A DNA stretch of 38,479 nucleotides, from the NCBI GenBank assembly GCA_937996675.1, contig CALKUN010000033.1, positions 1 to 38,479 of the forward strand, given 5' to 3'. Below the pieces are notes generated by a model that saw only the letters and a program-made list of their open reading frames with translations, did not search any database and was not told the DNA's origin. Below, in pieces: positions 25,255 through 33,732 of this stretch. Source of the DNA: an uncultured Candidatus Saccharibacteria bacterium. Its GTDB lineage: Bacteria > Patescibacteriota > Saccharimonadia > CAILAD01 > GCA-016700035. A program made the position numbers and the translations under genes. Every line of letters starts with the position of its first letter. Within the stretch, counting starts at the first letter, position 1.

Positions 25255-25752
25255 ATGCCAACCACCAGCAAGAAGGCAGGGAAGAGCAAGCGACAAACGA
25301 AGCTTGCACCCTCGAAGCGGAGCGCCAGCAAGAGGAGGGCGAAGAAGCATTCGCACAAGAAGAAGCCGGCTCCCGCCAAGCCGATCACCATCGAGGCGAT
25401 CAGGGCCTTGCGGGTGGCCTTCCCTGAGGTCATGAGCCACGCCAACGGCATCAGCCTCACCAATGCGCGGCTTGCCAAGTCCCTGAGAGCCATTTGCAGG
25501 TCAGCCCAAGACTCAGCAGAGCACGAGATCACGAAGGCCCTGACCAAGCTTGGGCGTCAGCTCAACGGATCTCAGGGAGACGGGGCCTATGAGCCGGTAC
25601 TGACAACCCGGCAGATCAGCAAGATCATCAAAAAGCCCAAGAGCGTGGCAGCCATCCGCGAACGCAATCCCGGCTCGCTGGGCGACGCCGCCATCGCGGA
25701 ACTCAAGACGGTGATCGATCTCGTCCTCGGTCGCACCACACAGTCCAGCTGA
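25255..25752 (+). CDS. hypothetical protein with Lys/Arg/Ala/Pro-rich N-terminal tail
   Basis: A GGAG RBS lies upstream. About 50 aa of basic low-complexity sequence (KKAGKSKRQTK...KKHSHKKKPAPAKP) precede a helical domain. Confidence 0.55.
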   Translation: MPTTSKKAGKSKRQTKLAPSKRSASKRRAKKHSHKKKPAPAKPITIEAIRALRVAFPEVMSHANGISLTNARLAKSLRAICRSAQDSAEHEITKALTKLGRQLNGSQGDGAYEPVLTTRQISKIIKKPKSVAAIRERNPGSLGDAAIAELKTVIDLVLGRTTQSS

Positions 25753-25762
25753 GGACCCTTCC

Positions 25763-25794
25763 GACTCAGAATTTCCGTATGGGAATTCTGAGTC
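25763..25794. terminator. 14-bp stem hairpin after the basic-protein gene
   Basis: GACTCAGAATTTCC-GTAT-GGGAATTCTGAGTC has one G-U pair and no clear T-tract. Confidence 0.4.
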
Positions 25795-25822
25795 AAGTCA
25801 TTTTACCTATATACTAATAAGC

Positions 25823-27316
25823 ATGAAACAAACTGCTATTGTTATCGGCGCCGGAATCGGCGGGCTCTGTACTGCCGCACGTCTCGCCCATGACGGATAC
25901 AAGGTCACTATAGTCGAAAAGGAGCGTCTCGTGGGTGGGCGGGCCCATCGCCTCCAACAGGATGGTTACACATTTGACACAGGTCCGACGATCCTCATGA
26001 TGACCGACGTGCTGTATGACACTTTTAGTTACTGCGGCAAGGACCTCGATGATTACATCAGTTTGCTGCAGCTGGAGCCAAACTATAAGGTCTGGTATCC
26101 GGATGGTGAAACCCTCGAAGTCAGCTCGAATTTGCCCCGCTTTGCGGCCGAGTTGGCTCGCTTTGATCCCAAGGCGCCAGAGCAGTTTTACCGTTTCTTT
26201 GCCGACGTCGCCGAGATGTATCGTATCTCTCGGCACAAGTTCATCGATAAAAACTTTGATAAGCTCACAGACTTCATCGACCTCAAGGCTGGTATCCAAC
26301 TGTTGCGTCGACGCGGACTTACCAAGCTATATAGCTTTGTCTCGCGCTACTTTGATGATCCGCGTCTACGACAACTCTTCTCGTTTCAATCAATGTACCT
26401 TGGTGTCACACCCTACGAAGCACCCGCTATATATAGTGTGGTGAGCTATATGGAGACTGGTCTCGGTATCTGGTATCCCAAAGGTGGTATGCACGCCTTG
26501 CCACAAGCGCTCGCGCAACTCTGTCAGGACCTTGGCGTAGACATCCGACTCAATACGCCCGCGCAAGGGATTACCACCAAGGACAAGCGCGTCACCGGGA
26601 TCGATCTCGAATCAGGCGACCATCTCAAGGCCGATATCGTGATCTCCAATGCAGATCTAACCTACACGCATCGTCAACTCATTCCGAGTAGTGGCAAGGA
26701 TTACTCCGATAAGCAACTCAATAAGCTGAAGCAAGCCAGCAGCGCGCTCCTATTCTACTGGGGCGTAGACGACGATCTCGATGGAATCCTACACCACAAC
26801 GTATTTTTCTCTCAAGACTTCAAGCACAACCTTGAGGAGATCTTTCATGACAAGAAACTACCCGAAGACCCGGCCTTCTATCTCTATGTACCCACCAAGA
26901 CAGATCCAACCTTAGCACCAAAAGGAAAGCACGTACTCTACGTACTCGTACCAGTACCAAATCTCGAGGGCGACGTCGAATGGAGTGCGGCTACGAAGCA
27001 AATCAAGGCTAAAGTACTGGCCCGTCTCAAGACTGACCTGGGCGTCAATATTGGGAGGCACATCCAGACCGAAGCTGTCTTCACTCCAGAAGATTTTGAG
27101 ACGAAGTTTAACCTCACAAATGGATCAGCTTTTGGCCTGAGCCACACATTCTTCCAATCCGGATTCTTCCGTCCGCATAATGTCAGCCGAGCCGTTAAAG
27201 GACTCTATTTTGTGGGTGCGTCTACCTATCCTGGTAGTGGTGTACCTATGGTGACCTTATCTGGTAAGCTGGTCGTAGAACGGATTCATCATGACAGACA
27301 CACCACTTCCAGCTGA
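25823..27316 (+). CDS. crtI: phytoene desaturase
   Basis: The N-terminal FAD fold is IVIGAGIGGLCTAARLAHDGYKVTIVEK. The C-terminal signature is YFVGASTYPGSGVPMV. Confidence 0.9.
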   Translation: MKQTAIVIGAGIGGLCTAARLAHDGYKVTIVEKERLVGGRAHRLQQDGYTFDTGPTILMMTDVLYDTFSYCGKDLDDYISLLQLEPNYKVWYPDGETLEVSSNLPRFAAELARFDPKAPEQFYRFFADVAEMYRISRHKFIDKNFDKLTDFIDLKAGIQLLRRRGLTKLYSFVSRYFDDPRLRQLFSFQSMYLGVTPYEAPAIYSVVSYMETGLGIWYPKGGMHALPQALAQLCQDLGVDIRLNTPAQGITTKDKRVTGIDLESGDHLKADIVISNADLTYTHRQLIPSSGKDYSDKQLNKLKQASSALLFYWGVDDDLDGILHHNVFFSQDFKHNLEEIFHDKKLPEDPAFYLYVPTKTDPTLAPKGKHVLYVLVPVPNLEGDVEWSAATKQIKAKVLARLKTDLGVNIGRHIQTEAVFTPEDFETKFNLTNGSAFGLSHTFFQSGFFRPHNVSRAVKGLYFVGASTYPGSGVPMVTLSGKLVVERIHHDRHTTSS

Positions 27317-28382
27317 ACTCCTTAAAACCGCCATAGGCAAGATCAAAGTCGATGTAGACCGCGAACTTGCCCTGTTTTTTGATCACAAAATCGCCGAGGC
27401 CGGTCGAGTCGACCCACAATACCGCAAGCTGATGCTCGAGACCAAGAAGCTCATACTGCGAGGCGGCAAACGTCTACGGCCATTTATGGTTTGGCTCGGC
27501 TGGCGACTAGCGGGCGGCACAAAATATGATGACTTTCTCAAACTTGCTGTAGCCTGGGAGATTTATCACAATAGCGCACTCATTCTCGACGACATCATGG
27601 ACCAAGACCATACCCGGCACAACGGCCTGAATATCTATGGTGTATATGAGAAATCACTCAAGCGTAGCCACGCACCCGAGGTAGCCACAACCCACGCCCG
27701 AAATGCCGCACTGATGTCAGGCATTTCTACGCTTATGCTTGCTGTTGAGAGCCTTCGCACGATACGGCTCGAGCCCGATCATGCCAAGGCGCTCGAAAAT
27801 GAGTTTCTCAAGATGCACTTTCGCTTGGTCGGAGGCCAGTTTGTCGAAGACCAAGCTGCACTCCAAAAAGTCATCAAACCAAGTCAGATTCGCAAGATCT
27901 ATCTCAATAAGTCTGGCTATTTCTCAATGGTGTCGCCCCTCCAGTCCGGCGCACGCCTAGCTGGCACAAATGAGGCTATTCTCGACGTCCTCAAGCAATA
28001 TGGTGAACACGCCGGCGTGGCCTACCAGATCATCGACGACGTCATTGGTACATTTGGATCGAGTCGTGAAATAGGGAAGTCCAACACGACCGACGTAGAA
28101 GAAAACAAGCACACGCTCCTTATGCATTACGGACTTGAATTTGCTGACGACGCTCAAAAAGCTATCCTCAAAAAATACCTGGGCCAGCCCAATCTCACCG
28201 GCGCAGAGCTGAAGCAGGTCCGCAAAGTCCTCACCGACAACGGCGCCAAAGCGAAAACAATGTTTGTGGCCCAGGCTGAAGCCGAAGCTGCTAAAAAAGC
28301 CTTCAAGAAGCTCGCCTTGGCTGGCGATGTCCCCATACTCTTTGACGCGCTGACCGACTATCTCGTCAAACGATCGGTCTAA
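27291..28382 (+). CDS. crtE: polyprenyl (geranylgeranyl) diphosphate synthase
   Basis: The first Asp-rich motif is LILDDIMDQD..R. The second is YQIIDDVIG followed by GKSNTTDVEENKHT. It overlaps crtI by 26 nt. Confidence 0.8.
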   Translation: MTDTPLPAELLKTAIGKIKVDVDRELALFFDHKIAEAGRVDPQYRKLMLETKKLILRGGKRLRPFMVWLGWRLAGGTKYDDFLKLAVAWEIYHNSALILDDIMDQDHTRHNGLNIYGVYEKSLKRSHAPEVATTHARNAALMSGISTLMLAVESLRTIRLEPDHAKALENEFLKMHFRLVGGQFVEDQAALQKVIKPSQIRKIYLNKSGYFSMVSPLQSGARLAGTNEAILDVLKQYGEHAGVAYQIIDDVIGTFGSSREIGKSNTTDVEENKHTLLMHYGLEFADDAQKAILKKYLGQPNLTGAELKQVRKVLTDNGAKAKTMFVAQAEAEAAKKAFKKLALAGDVPILFDALTDYLVKRSV

Positions 28383-28383
28383 T

Positions 28384-29277
28384 ATGGCTGATCTGTCGCT
28401 CCATCAAAGCTACGTCGCTTGCCGCAAGGTCACTCGACAAGCTAGCTCGACATTCTGGCTCGCTTCGCTGCTTTTTGACCTAGATACCCGCCGTAGCATT
28501 CGAGCCCTCTACGCATTTTGTCGTACGGCCGACGATATTGTTGACGCTAGTAAGCTCAATAAAAGTGAAAAGATTGCCCAAATCCGCGCCATGCGCCAAG
28601 CCCTCATCACCAAACAGCCAGCCGAGATAGCACCCGATATCTGGCTCGCCGTCTTTGACACCATGCAATCCCACAAGCTCCCGATTGTCGAGATGGAGAC
28701 AGTCTTGCGAGGAGTAGCTCAGGATATTACCTTTCGCCAGCCCACGACCCTGCAGGAGCTCGACCGTTACAGCTATATGGTGGCCGGCATAGTCGGTATC
28801 CTTTCAGCTCGAGTCCTGGGCGGGTATCGCAAGGCGACACTAGAGGGCGCCAAGCAGCTCGGCATCGCCATGCAATACACCAATATTATTCGCGACGTCA
28901 CAGCCGACGGTCAGCTCGGCCGGATCTATCTGCCACTATCCGTCATGCGCGCCCAAGGACTGAGTCCGAAGGACCTTGCCGAAGGCAAAAATCAGGCGGC
29001 GCTGCGGCGCACGCTGACAGCCTTGGCAAATCGAGCCGAAACGTACTACGACCATGCCGAGTCATCAATTCGCGATCTTCACCCCAGTTATCAGCTTGGC
29101 GTCAAAGTTGCACTCGAATTGTATCGATCGATTCTCGAACGAGCCAAGCAAAAGCGGTATACTGTTACCAAAGGTCGTATCCGTCTGAATCGTCGCGAAA
29201 AAATAGCGCTGGTTTGGCGGGTCTACCAGACACATCGCTCCACCAAGACTACCCATGCCAACAAAATCACACCGTAA
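28384..29277 (+). CDS. crtB: phytoene synthase
   Basis: It carries the squalene/phytoene synthase signatures YAFCRTADDIVD and YTNIIRDVTADGQLGRIYLP. Confidence 0.9.
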   Translation: MADLSLHQSYVACRKVTRQASSTFWLASLLFDLDTRRSIRALYAFCRTADDIVDASKLNKSEKIAQIRAMRQALITKQPAEIAPDIWLAVFDTMQSHKLPIVEMETVLRGVAQDITFRQPTTLQELDRYSYMVAGIVGILSARVLGGYRKATLEGAKQLGIAMQYTNIIRDVTADGQLGRIYLPLSVMRAQGLSPKDLAEGKNQAALRRTLTALANRAETYYDHAESSIRDLHPSYQLGVKVALELYRSILERAKQKRYTVTKGRIRLNRREKIALVWRVYQTHRSTKTTHANKITP

Positions 29278-30634
29278 CCAACCCGTAGGACCCATCGATG
29301 GTATTCGCCGCACACAGAAGCGCACCGTACCGACTTCAGCCGTGCCCAAGCCGGCACCAGTAAAGGCAGCCATTCCAGCTCACCATGGCATCCCCGAGCG
29401 ACCGCTGCCGCAGGGGCTTACAATGGGGCACGGCAAAACACTACAGCTCAAGCAGTCGCACAGCCCGATTGATACCGGCGAGCTCATCACGCACCCCAGC
29501 CTGCCTCTACCGTCAGCTTCGGCGCCAGCCCGAGGCACCAAATCTTCGATGATCCGCCAGGTCATTGGCCGATCTTTTCACGTCACCCATGACAAGCGTT
29601 CTACTCGAGCTATTCTCATCGCCACACTTATTAGTCCGACGTTCTGGCTCTTTTTGATCTCGCCCTGGGTAATCGAGGCCATCAGTACCCCGGGCAGCCC
29701 TGGATGGAATACGATTGCGAGTGGCGTCAATCGAGTCCTGAACCTATCGTTCAGCGCCCTCAGCGGACGTCTTCTCATCCTCGGGGTCGGACTCTTTCTC
29801 ATCTGGGTTGGGCGTCACGCGCTACTCTTAGTCAGCCACGCCGTCCACGTACGACAGATCGACCACCGACTCTCGGACAGCCATGCCTTCTGGTGGGCCG
29901 CCATTCACAAGCTGAGCCGTAGCTTCACACTAGGCACCTTCGATCTAGCCCTCAGTGGCGCAATCGTCGGATCAATCGTTGGCACCATAATCTGGATAGG
30001 GAGCCAGAATAGCACCGCAAACCTTTTCACTCAAGGCCTCATCCTTAATGTCCTCATAGTCTTCGCAGGTCTTATATTCGTCATTCTCTCGGTACACCGC
30101 CCACTGGCGCGTGTTATGTTAGCGTCAACTGGTCTCACTGCATGGCAGCTCGTGAAGTACTCCTTTGGCATGATTATCTACAACTTTGGCCGCACGCTCG
30201 TCATGGGTGTCTGGTGGCTCATCATGGTCACCGTCACTGTGGGTCTCCTCGCTGGAATCAGCTGGGCTACTATCAGCTACGGCATCCATGCGGCAGAACA
30301 CGCTCTCATCGGCAAAATCCTCCTTGGCTTGGCCTCAGCTGGGCTGATGTATGTCGTGTTGGCTGCTTTCTTACTCTGGAATCAAGGCTACTGGTCGCTG
30401 GCTTACCACTACCTTGCACACCGCACCTATCCCGCTCAAGTTTCACGATTCTTCACAACCGAACCGCATCGAGCCAGTCGCCGTAGTAGCCTCATCCGCG
30501 TAGTATTGATCACTATCGTCTTCGGAGGGGTGCTGTTTGGGGCGGTCTATGTCGTTCGCCAGCCCCTCGGCGCAGCGTGGCAGCGAGTGCAAGACAACAA
30601 GCCAGCTATCCAAGACTGGTTGAAGCAGCAATGA
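29255..30634 (+). CDS. hypothetical polytopic membrane protein with a Pro-rich, disordered-looking N-terminus
   Basis: It overlaps the crtB stop by 23 nt. Alternative in-frame starts exist, for example the ATG at 29420 after AGGGG. Several long hydrophobic segments begin around aa 120. Confidence 0.6.
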   Translation: MPTKSHRNQPVGPIDGIRRTQKRTVPTSAVPKPAPVKAAIPAHHGIPERPLPQGLTMGHGKTLQLKQSHSPIDTGELITHPSLPLPSASAPARGTKSSMIRQVIGRSFHVTHDKRSTRAILIATLISPTFWLFLISPWVIEAISTPGSPGWNTIASGVNRVLNLSFSALSGRLLILGVGLFLIWVGRHALLLVSHAVHVRQIDHRLSDSHAFWWAAIHKLSRSFTLGTFDLALSGAIVGSIVGTIIWIGSQNSTANLFTQGLILNVLIVFAGLIFVILSVHRPLARVMLASTGLTAWQLVKYSFGMIIYNFGRTLVMGVWWLIMVTVTVGLLAGISWATISYGIHAAEHALIGKILLGLASAGLMYVVLAAFLLWNQGYWSLAYHYLAHRTYPAQVSRFFTTEPHRASRRSSLIRVVLITIVFGGVLFGAVYVVRQPLGAAWQRVQDNKPAIQDWLKQQ

Positions 30635-30651
30635 CAGCAGCGTCAAACCTG

Positions 30652-30680
30652 TTGACAAGGAGTAGAAATACACATAGAAT
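30652..30680 (+). promoter_or_regulatory. near-consensus sigma70 promoter upstream of secE
   Basis: TTGACA-17 nt-TAGAAT. Confidence 0.45.
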
Positions 30681-30687
30681 AGTGGGG

Positions 30688-30707
30688 AAAGCCCGTGCGG
30701 CTTTTTT
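30688..30707 (+). terminator. short hairpin with T-tract (terminator of the upstream gene or a leader structure)
   Basis: AAAGCC-CGTGC-GGCTTT followed by TTT. Confidence 0.35.
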
Positions 30708-30728
30708 AGGTTGAAAAGGAATTATCCC

Positions 30729-30914
30729 ATGCAAGGTCTCATACGATACATCAACGGGTCCATCGAAGAACTCAAGCGAGTGGTTTGGCCTACCCGTAAA
30801 AAAGCCCTGACACTAACCGCCATCGTATTGAGCTTCACTGTCATCCTTGCCATCTACCTGACCGGACTCGACCTCATTTTCCGCACAGCGCTCGAAAAAC
30901 TATTAAGCCTTTAA
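30729..30914 (+). CDS. secE: preprotein translocase subunit SecE
   Basis: ELKRVVWPTRKK is followed by a single TM helix, and the gene sits directly upstream of nusG. The ATG at 30729 has AAAGGA upstream, and the ORF-track TTG at 30711 is the alternative. Confidence 0.8.
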   Translation: MQGLIRYINGSIEELKRVVWPTRKKALTLTAIVLSFTVILAIYLTGLDLIFRTALEKLLSL

Positions 30915-30932
30915 CTCTGACAGGGACTATTT

Positions 30933-31490
30933 ATGACTACCGAAGAACAGCCGAGCACCCCTTCCGCCAGCGCCCAATGGTATGTGATCCACACGTACTC
31001 TGGCTATGAAGATCAGGTAGCCCAAAACCTCAAGCACCGCATCGAGACTATGGGAATGACCGACCGCATCCACGAAGTGATTGTGCCAAAGGAAAATCAG
31101 ATCGAGATCAAGAACGGTAAGCGCCGCGTTGTAGAGCGCAAGATCTTCCCTGGATATATCCTGGTCAACATGGATGTCACCGAAGACAGCTGGTACGTTG
31201 TCCGCAACACGCCAAACGTCACTGGTTTCGTCGGAACCGGCACCAACCCTTCACCAATGAGCCCGGAAGAAATCCGCGTCATCCAGAAGCGAATGGGCGT
31301 AGAAGAACCAAAGTTCTTGATGGACTTCAGCCTCGGCGAAGTTGTAGGTATCACCGATGGTCCATTCAAGGGATTTGATGGTCAGGTCTCAGAGATTGAT
31401 GAATCAAAAGGCAAGATAAAGGTGCTCGTCTCGATGTTCGGTCGAGAAACACCAGTCGAACTCGATAGCCTTCAAGTGAAAAAAGTATAA
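30933..31490 (+). CDS. nusG: transcription termination/antitermination factor NusG
   Basis: The NGN domain begins WYVIHTYSGYE and includes FPGYILV. The KOW motif is GEVVGITDGPFKGFDGQV. Confidence 0.92.
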   Translation: MTTEEQPSTPSASAQWYVIHTYSGYEDQVAQNLKHRIETMGMTDRIHEVIVPKENQIEIKNGKRRVVERKIFPGYILVNMDVTEDSWYVVRNTPNVTGFVGTGTNPSPMSPEEIRVIQKRMGVEEPKFLMDFSLGEVVGITDGPFKGFDGQVSEIDESKGKIKVLVSMFGRETPVELDSLQVKKV

Positions 31491-31516
31491 CGAAGAAAGA
31501 TTAAGGAACTATTTTT

Positions 31517-31951
31517 ATGGCAGCAGCAAAGAAAGTATCAGCCCAGCTCAAGATGGTGATTCCAGCCGGAGGCGCGAGTCCAGCTCCTCCAGTCGGATCG
31601 TCACTCGGTCAGCACGGCGTCAACATGATGGACTTCATCAACGCCTTTAACGAGCAGACCAAAGACATGCGTGGCGCACAGTGCCCAACCAAGATCACGA
31701 TCTACGAAGACAAGAGCTTTACCTTTACGGTAAAAGGCACACCAGCCAAGATCCTGATCAAAGAAGCCCTCAAGCTCAAAAAAGCCAGCGGCGTACCAAA
31801 CAAAGAAAAAGTCGGCACATTGACCGATGCCCAGCTCACCGAAATCGCTGAGACCAAGATGCAAGACCTCAACGCCAACGATCTCGAAGCCGCCAAGAAG
31901 ATTATTGCTGGAACGGCTCGCTCAATGGGTGTAGAAGTCGCCGCAAAGTAA
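31517..31951 (+). CDS. rplK: 50S ribosomal protein L11
   Basis: KMVIPAGGASPAPPVGSSLGQHGVNMMDF is the canonical L11 N-terminal domain. Confidence 0.95.
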   Translation: MAAAKKVSAQLKMVIPAGGASPAPPVGSSLGQHGVNMMDFINAFNEQTKDMRGAQCPTKITIYEDKSFTFTVKGTPAKILIKEALKLKKASGVPNKEKVGTLTDAQLTEIAETKMQDLNANDLEAAKKIIAGTARSMGVEVAAK

Positions 31952-32023
31952 GTTTAGATACAGTCAAAATCATAACCCGTGGGAGGCCATAAGAAGCCGT
32001 TCGGACCACAAGGAGAACTCATC

Positions 32024-32992
32024 ATGGCAAAAAAAATCCAAGAAGTAGAAGAGACAAAGGAAGAAGCGATTGAAGAAATCGTCGCTGAAGAAGCTGTACT
32101 TGAAGCGACTGAAGCAGTCGATGAAATCATAGCCGAAGAAAACGCTAAAGCCGAAGAGCCTAAGACTACTAAGGCAGGCAAGAAGAGCGCCAAGGCCGTC
32201 AAAGAAGCTGAAGCTGCTGAGGCTAAGGCTGAACGTAAGGCCGAACAAGCCGAAGCTGGCGAAAAGACTCCGCACATTCAGAAGCCACGCGTGAAGAAGT
32301 ACTCTAAGAACATGAAGAGCATGCGTGAAGCCGTCGAGCTCGAGAAGCTCTATACGGTCACCGAAGCTGTAGCCCTCATCCAGAAGATCTCAAAGGCCAA
32401 GTTTGACCCAACCCTCGAAGTACACGTCCGACTCGGCATTGACCCACGACAGGCTGACCAGCAGCTCCGTGCTTCGACCGTACTCCCAGCCGGTTCTGGT
32501 AAGTCAGTCACTATTGCTGTTCTCACTGGCGATGCCAAGAAGGCTGCTGCTGCCAAGGAAGCTGGCGCTGCCCACACTGAAAGCGAAGTGCTGCTCGAAG
32601 CCATCGGCAAAGGTACATTCGACTTTGACGTCCTCATCGCGACTCCAGACATGATGGTCTCACTCGGTCGTCACGCCAAGAGCCTCGGACCAAAGGGACT
32701 TATGCCATCACCTAAGAGCGGAACCGTTACCGCTGACCCAGCTAATGCTGTCAGCGAGATCAAGAAAGGTCGACTCGAAGTGAAGAACGACGCTACTGGC
32801 ATCATCCATGCTGCCCTCGGTAAGCTCTCATTCTCAGCCGACGATCTCGTCAGCAACGTGAAGGCTGTCCTGGCCTGTGTCCAGACCAACCGTCCAACTG
32901 GCGTCAAAGGTACATACGTGAAGAGCGTGAGCCTCTCAGCTACCATGACTCCCGGTGTCCGGATCGACCCAACGGAAGTCACCGGCAAGTAA
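32024..32992 (+). CDS. rplA: 50S ribosomal protein L1 with a ~90-aa Glu/Ala/Lys-rich N-terminal extension
   Basis: The canonical L1 core runs from about nt 32294 (FDPTLEVHVRLGIDPRQADQQLR, ATPDMM, LGPKGLMPSPKSGTV). The ATG at 32024 lies 8 nt after AAGGAG. Confidence 0.9.
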   Translation: MAKKIQEVEETKEEAIEEIVAEEAVLEATEAVDEIIAEENAKAEEPKTTKAGKKSAKAVKEAEAAEAKAERKAEQAEAGEKTPHIQKPRVKKYSKNMKSMREAVELEKLYTVTEAVALIQKISKAKFDPTLEVHVRLGIDPRQADQQLRASTVLPAGSGKSVTIAVLTGDAKKAAAAKEAGAAHTESEVLLEAIGKGTFDFDVLIATPDMMVSLGRHAKSLGPKGLMPSPKSGTVTADPANAVSEIKKGRLEVKNDATGIIHAALGKLSFSADDLVSNVKAVLACVQTNRPTGVKGTYVKSVSLSATMTPGVRIDPTEVTGK

Positions 32993-33010
32993 GCCGTCTT
33001 TTAAACTGGC

Positions 33011-33040
33011 TAAAACACCCCTCGGATGAGGGGTGTTTTA
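33011..33040. terminator. intrinsic terminator after rplA (symmetric A/T flanks)
   Basis: TAAAACACCCCTC-GGAT-GAGGGGTGTTTTA. Confidence 0.75.
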
Positions 33041-33111
33041 GCTTGTGCTTTGGGGCCACCAAACACAATGCTAAGCTGGTAACAGTACCTATAGAAACAG
33101 AGGGAGGAGTT

Positions 33112-33732
33112 ATGCCCGGTATCCCAGGCAGCAAGCCAGTCGATCCGATGGACCGGCTCGTGCCGGACATTATTCGCTTACAGGAAATCGCCACAGCGCT
33201 TCGCGCACTTGGACGCACCATCGTGCTTACGCAAGGAAGCTTTGACCTTGTGCACGTTGGCCACGCCAAATACTTGGCAGCTGCCAAGGCACGCGGCGAT
33301 GTACTGCTCGTAGGTGTCGATAGTGATGCCAAAGTACGCGCCCGCAAAGGTGAAGGTCGGCCCGTAGTCCCGGAGGGTGAACGGACCGAAATGCTGTGCT
33401 TCTTTGAGTCTGTCGACTATGTCATCTTGAAGTCGGCGGAAGCGCCACGCTGGGAGATCATTCGGACGATTTGTCCTGATGTCCTCATCGCGACGTCGGA
33501 AACCTATAGCGAGTCAGATCTTGTCGAGCTAGGGGAGATCTGCGGCGAAGTCGTCGTCCTCGATCCGATGTCCGAGACGTCGACCAGCGCTAAGATCCGT
33601 AAGTCACAGATCGATATTGCGAAGCGACTCGAAACCGCGCTGGCACACAGCCTCAGCGATGCCATTCCCGAACTCGTCAGTGCGACCGTTAGGGACGTAC
33701 TGGACCCCGATAAGAAAGCAGGCATGACATGA
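33112..33732 (+). CDS. cytidylyltransferase-like nucleotidyltransferase (RfaE domain II / TagD-like family)
   Basis: It has the GSFDLVHVGHAKYL (HxGH) motif and C-terminal SETSTSAKIRK (ISxTxxR-like). The ATG at 33112 follows GGGAGGAG. Confidence 0.8.
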   Translation: MPGIPGSKPVDPMDRLVPDIIRLQEIATALRALGRTIVLTQGSFDLVHVGHAKYLAAAKARGDVLLVGVDSDAKVRARKGEGRPVVPEGERTEMLCFFESVDYVILKSAEAPRWEIIRTICPDVLIATSETYSESDLVELGEICGEVVVLDPMSETSTSAKIRKSQIDIAKRLETALAHSLSDAIPELVSATVRDVLDPDKKAGMT

